Origin: an uncultured bacterium
GTDB lineage: Bacteria > Hydrothermota > Hydrothermia > B15-G9 > WFZT01
Assembly: GCA_964398355.1 (NCBI GenBank)
Contig: CAYNMM010000030.1
Location: forward strand, 2,264 to 66,263
Direction of reading: 5' to 3'
DNA: 64,000 nucleotides
Shown here: positions 61,179 to 64,000 of the stretch, one piece after another
Position numbering within the stretch: the stretch's first letter is position 1
Layout of the letters: each line of letters begins with the position of its first letter
Program-made: the position numbers and the translations under genes
The notes under the pieces: model-generated
What the model was told of the DNA's origin: nothing
Database searches by the model: none
Seen by the model: the letters and a program-made list of their open reading frames with translations, nothing else

Positions 61179-62060
61179 ATGAAAGGAATTTATATTGCAA
61201 TGGTAACACCTTTCAATGAGGATGGTACTGTTGCCTATGATGCTCACAAAAGAAATATTGAAAAATGGAATAAAACAGATATACGTGGTTATCTCGTCCT
61301 TGGCTCCACTGGCGAGGCTGTTCACCTTTCTTATGAGGAGAAAATTAAACTCGTTGAAGCCACACTCGAGGCAAAATCATCCGATAAAAAGATTTTTGCT
61401 GGTACGGGCCAGTTTTCAACAAACGAGACCATTAAATTTACCAATAAAATAGCCGATCTTGGAGTCGACTACGCATTAGTGGTTACCCCCTTTTTTTATA
61501 AAGCATTGATGACCCCTGATGCCCTCATAGAGCATTTTTATAAGGTTGCAGACTCTGTCAAAATCCCGGTTTTTGCCTATAACGTTCCCCAGTACACAGG
61601 TGTCACCCTTCCACTTGATGTCGTGCCCAAGCTTGCTGAACATCCGAACATTTTGGGATTAAAAGACTCATCGGGTAATATATATTACGATGCCTCCATT
61701 CTCAAAATGGGTCTTTCTAATTTCCAGTTATTTGTAGGAAATTTCACAGCCCTTTTTCAAAATACTATTCTCGGTGCAAGTGGAGCTCTACTCGGTGTTG
61801 CCAATGTGGCACCACAGATTGCCGCAGATATCTATAAATTGGGAACAATGGGAGAAGTGGAAAAGGCGAAAGAGCTTTATATGAAAATTCTCAAGGTAAA
61901 TGCCCTTCTCGTCGCGAAGCTGGGACCTGCTGGTGTAAAATACGGAATGGATCTCATTGGTTACGAAGGCCTCTATCCACGGGCTCCACTTCTACCACTA
62001 ATTAATTCCCAGAAAAAATCTGTAGAAATGGTATTGAAGGAAGCCGGTCTATATTCCTGA
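61179..62060 (+). CDS. dapA: 4-hydroxy-tetrahydrodipicolinate synthase family (DapA/NAL lyase family)
   Basis: MVTPFNEDGTVAY, LGSTGE and the Schiff-base Lys region are present. Length is 293 aa. Confidence 0.65.
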   Translation: MKGIYIAMVTPFNEDGTVAYDAHKRNIEKWNKTDIRGYLVLGSTGEAVHLSYEEKIKLVEATLEAKSSDKKIFAGTGQFSTNETIKFTNKIADLGVDYALVVTPFFYKALMTPDALIEHFYKVADSVKIPVFAYNVPQYTGVTLPLDVVPKLAEHPNILGLKDSSGNIYYDASILKMGLSNFQLFVGNFTALFQNTILGASGALLGVANVAPQIAADIYKLGTMGEVEKAKELYMKILKVNALLVAKLGPAGVKYGMDLIGYEGLYPRAPLLPLINSQKKSVEMVLKEAGLYS

Positions 62061-62083
62061 ACCTTATATGCTTTAATTCCTAA

Positions 62084-63508
62084 CTAAAATTTCAAATAAT
62101 AAGGAATAACAATCTTCAGACTGGAGGATAAAAAAGGTGTAAAGTCATCCTCTGAAATTTTTAATCCAACTTTGGCCGAAAATCTAACGATTTTTGCCTT
62201 CTTGATATACATGGCATAAAGGAACCCATTCTTTTTAATCGGAGGAATTGGCCAGTTTAAATTTCCAGGCAGATGCGAAAATTCCCAGGGGTAGTTAAGA
62301 TTTCCCATACCATGTTCGAGATACTCAACGTCAAGACTGATGAATGTCTTCGTATTTTTCATGTAACCTACCTCTACAAAAAGGTGTTTAAAATCGTTGC
62401 CTGCCCAATTCCCGAGTGGTGTCCCATTTATCGCCCAGGAGTTGGTTTGAGAAAAGTGTGCATAGGTCCATGGTGAAACTTCTGAATACTCGATTCTAAA
62501 ATCCAGTCCGTGCACTCCGAATGGATCAACATGAAAAATTCCGATTGTATATCCGTAAAGTGATGCCTGGTTATCTCCTGGTGTGATTATCCAATCGTCA
62601 TCAAAAAAAATGAAATATACCTTGGTTTTCTGGGGCCAGTAGATAGTGAGGTTGCCCTCGGCCACAAGATTATCTCTGTTATCTTTACTATGTCGTTGAA
62701 TTAGATAAAAAAAGTCAAACGGGTTTACATATTTGAACAGATCTTGCCTCGTGTACATCACTCCTTCTGAAAATGCCAATGAGAGCCATCGAAATGGATT
62801 AATTTCGAGTCTTTGATATGCAACCCTCTTCCCTTCGACTGTATCAGGTACGGATGCATTGAAAACAAGAAAATGCATTATATTTTTGTATTCAGATTCA
62901 ATATAGTAAAGGAAATTAAGGGGTTGATTTACTCCTGAGAAAAGGAAATTCGAAGAGTAGCCAGGGCCGATTCTAATGTTAAATCTCCCCATCCTGAAAA
63001 CTGTATTTCTATAATGAAGTTCTGAATAGGCCTTGATCATCCTTAAATCAAAGAAACTTGCCATACTTATAGCTGGTTCTCCCTTGAGGATGTATAACTT
63101 TCTTCTGTAATCGTTAAGTGGATCGTAATAAGGGAGTATAAAATCTTTTGATTTTTTGCTGAAGAAGACAAATTCATCTTCAATTTGCCAGTGTCGATGG
63201 AACATTGATAATTTTCCATCGAATCCCCACTCGAAATAATTCAAGTAGTGATTGGAATTTCTGTAAAACTCCCTTGTTGAAAGATTAAAATACGAATTTG
63301 CTACAAAGCCGTCCGAAGATGTGTTGTATTGCCTTAAAATACGGCGATATTTTTCAACTGTCATCGGTTTAAAATTAATAAACCAATCGTTATTTCCATT
63401 GATTGTTTCTATCCTCTCAATCACCCGATATTCCAGAGCCGGGAATCTCCAATCAACTGAATTGCTAAGAGGAGACAAGATATAGGAAATTAATATTGCG
63501 AGAATCAT
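62084..63508 (-). CDS. Hypothetical outer-membrane protein
   Basis: A signal-like N-terminus is present, the sequence is rich in aromatic residues, and the C-terminus is ...IPYYLKF. Confidence 0.35.
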   Translation of the reverse strand: MILAILISYILSPLSNSVDWRFPALEYRVIERIETINGNNDWFINFKPMTVEKYRRILRQYNTSSDGFVANSYFNLSTREFYRNSNHYLNYFEWGFDGKLSMFHRHWQIEDEFVFFSKKSKDFILPYYDPLNDYRRKLYILKGEPAISMASFFDLRMIKAYSELHYRNTVFRMGRFNIRIGPGYSSNFLFSGVNQPLNFLYYIESEYKNIMHFLVFNASVPDTVEGKRVAYQRLEINPFRWLSLAFSEGVMYTRQDLFKYVNPFDFFYLIQRHSKDNRDNLVAEGNLTIYWPQKTKVYFIFFDDDWIITPGDNQASLYGYTIGIFHVDPFGVHGLDFRIEYSEVSPWTYAHFSQTNSWAINGTPLGNWAGNDFKHLFVEVGYMKNTKTFISLDVEYLEHGMGNLNYPWEFSHLPGNLNWPIPPIKKNGFLYAMYIKKAKIVRFSAKVGLKISEDDFTPFLSSSLKIVIPYYLKF

Positions 63509-64000
63509 TTATTTTTCAGTTTGTAGTACGTTTCCTTCAAAAGAAGCGCATCCTGTTCGAGATTTGGACTTTCAGAGATTATGCATCCTTCAATATTCTT
63601 TTCTAAAAAGGCTCTAATCAACTCCTGATACTTAAAATCAGATTCCTTCAGATTTAGATGGTGCTTCTCTCCTTTTGTTCCATAAGCGATTCCAGAAACG
63701 TGTATATGCATATTTCTGAGTGCCTCTTTCCCGAGAGCTTTCTCAACTGTCTCGAGCGTCTTTATAAATTCTTCATAAGAATTTTCCAATCCGTTGCTTC
63801 TTGCGTGAAGATGAGCAAAATCAATACATGGAAAGACTTTTCCTGAAAATTCTTCAGATAGCTTCAAAATTTCCTCAATTGTACCAAATTGAGTCGGTTT
63901 TCCAGTAGTTTCGGGTCTTATATCGATATTAATACCCTCATGATCGAGAGTTTCAAGAATTGATTCAAGGGCAAGTTTCACATTGTTGTAAACTTTTTCC
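63505..64000 (-). CDS. AP-endonuclease family 2 / xylose-isomerase-like TIM-barrel protein (C-terminal part; N-terminus beyond the window end)
   Basis: CIDFAHLHA and NMHIHVSGIAYGTKGEKHHLNL resemble Nfo-type metal-binding motifs. The frame stays open to the window edge. Confidence 0.45.
   Translation of the reverse strand, partial: EKVYNNVKLALESILETLDHEGINIDIRPETTGKPTQFGTIEEILKLSEEFSGKVFPCIDFAHLHARSNGLENSYEEFIKTLETVEKALGKEALRNMHIHVSGIAYGTKGEKHHLNLKESDFKYQELIRAFLEKNIEGCIISESPNLEQDALLLKETYYKLKNK

Noticed and set aside
1-64000. CRISPR arrays, tandem repeats, transposases or insertion sequences.
   Set aside because: I found no regularly spaced direct repeats or transposase/integrase-like ORFs in the window. 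The only repeats are the isolated GC-rich hairpins and short palindromes listed above.

Overview
This 64-kb window looks like a chromosomal segment from a low-GC, probably thermophilic, diderm bacterium. A secreted M23 peptidase carrying a T9SS/Por C-terminal sorting domain suggests the FCB group. I saw no CRISPR array, transposase, integrase or other hallmark of a mobile or defence island. TGA is used as a stop codon (sbcD and mdh both end in TGA).

Gene content, in order along the window:
- A co-directional double-strand-break repair block on the minus strand: addA-like helicase-nuclease, addB-like nuclease, sbcD, and sbcC (sbcC runs off the 5' edge).
- mdh, followed by a glutamine-dependent NAD synthetase split into two overlapping genes (nitrilase domain, then NadE domain).
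- menA-like prenyltransferase, a family-4 UDG, coaBC, rpoZ, a carboxyltransferase of the PccB type interrupted by an in-frame TGA, and pilT.
- A Schlafen/AlbA_2-HTH ATPase-like protein with an elaborate palindromic upstream region.
- A TAXI-TRAP permease, an MmgE/PrpD-family protein, a lone SdhA/FrdA-like flavoprotein and a TAXI solute receptor. I read this as a putative tri- or dicarboxylate catabolic module; it is the most 'system-like' unexplained content.
- PfpI, then a tight three-gene membrane-protein operon I cannot assign to any family.
- fabG, a DegT aminotransferase, and the complex I membrane arm nuoH-J-K-L-M-N with no nuoI.
- accD, an orphan MalK-like ATPase, a YihY-family protein, pyrF, lysA, a T9SS-targeted M23 peptidase and thiD.
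- DUF190 with crcB, then pyrB-pyrC coupled to a lone transketolase N-terminal subunit, and tRNA-Lys(CUU).
- A TetR-MMPL-LolA-like-OM-barrel export module, dapA, an outer-membrane protein, and a partial AP-endonuclease-family TIM-barrel gene at the 3' edge.

Other recurring points: several GC-rich perfect palindromic hairpins act as terminators, a sigma70-like promoter sits almost on top of the pyrB start codon, and there are a few hypothetical proteins I cannot place.
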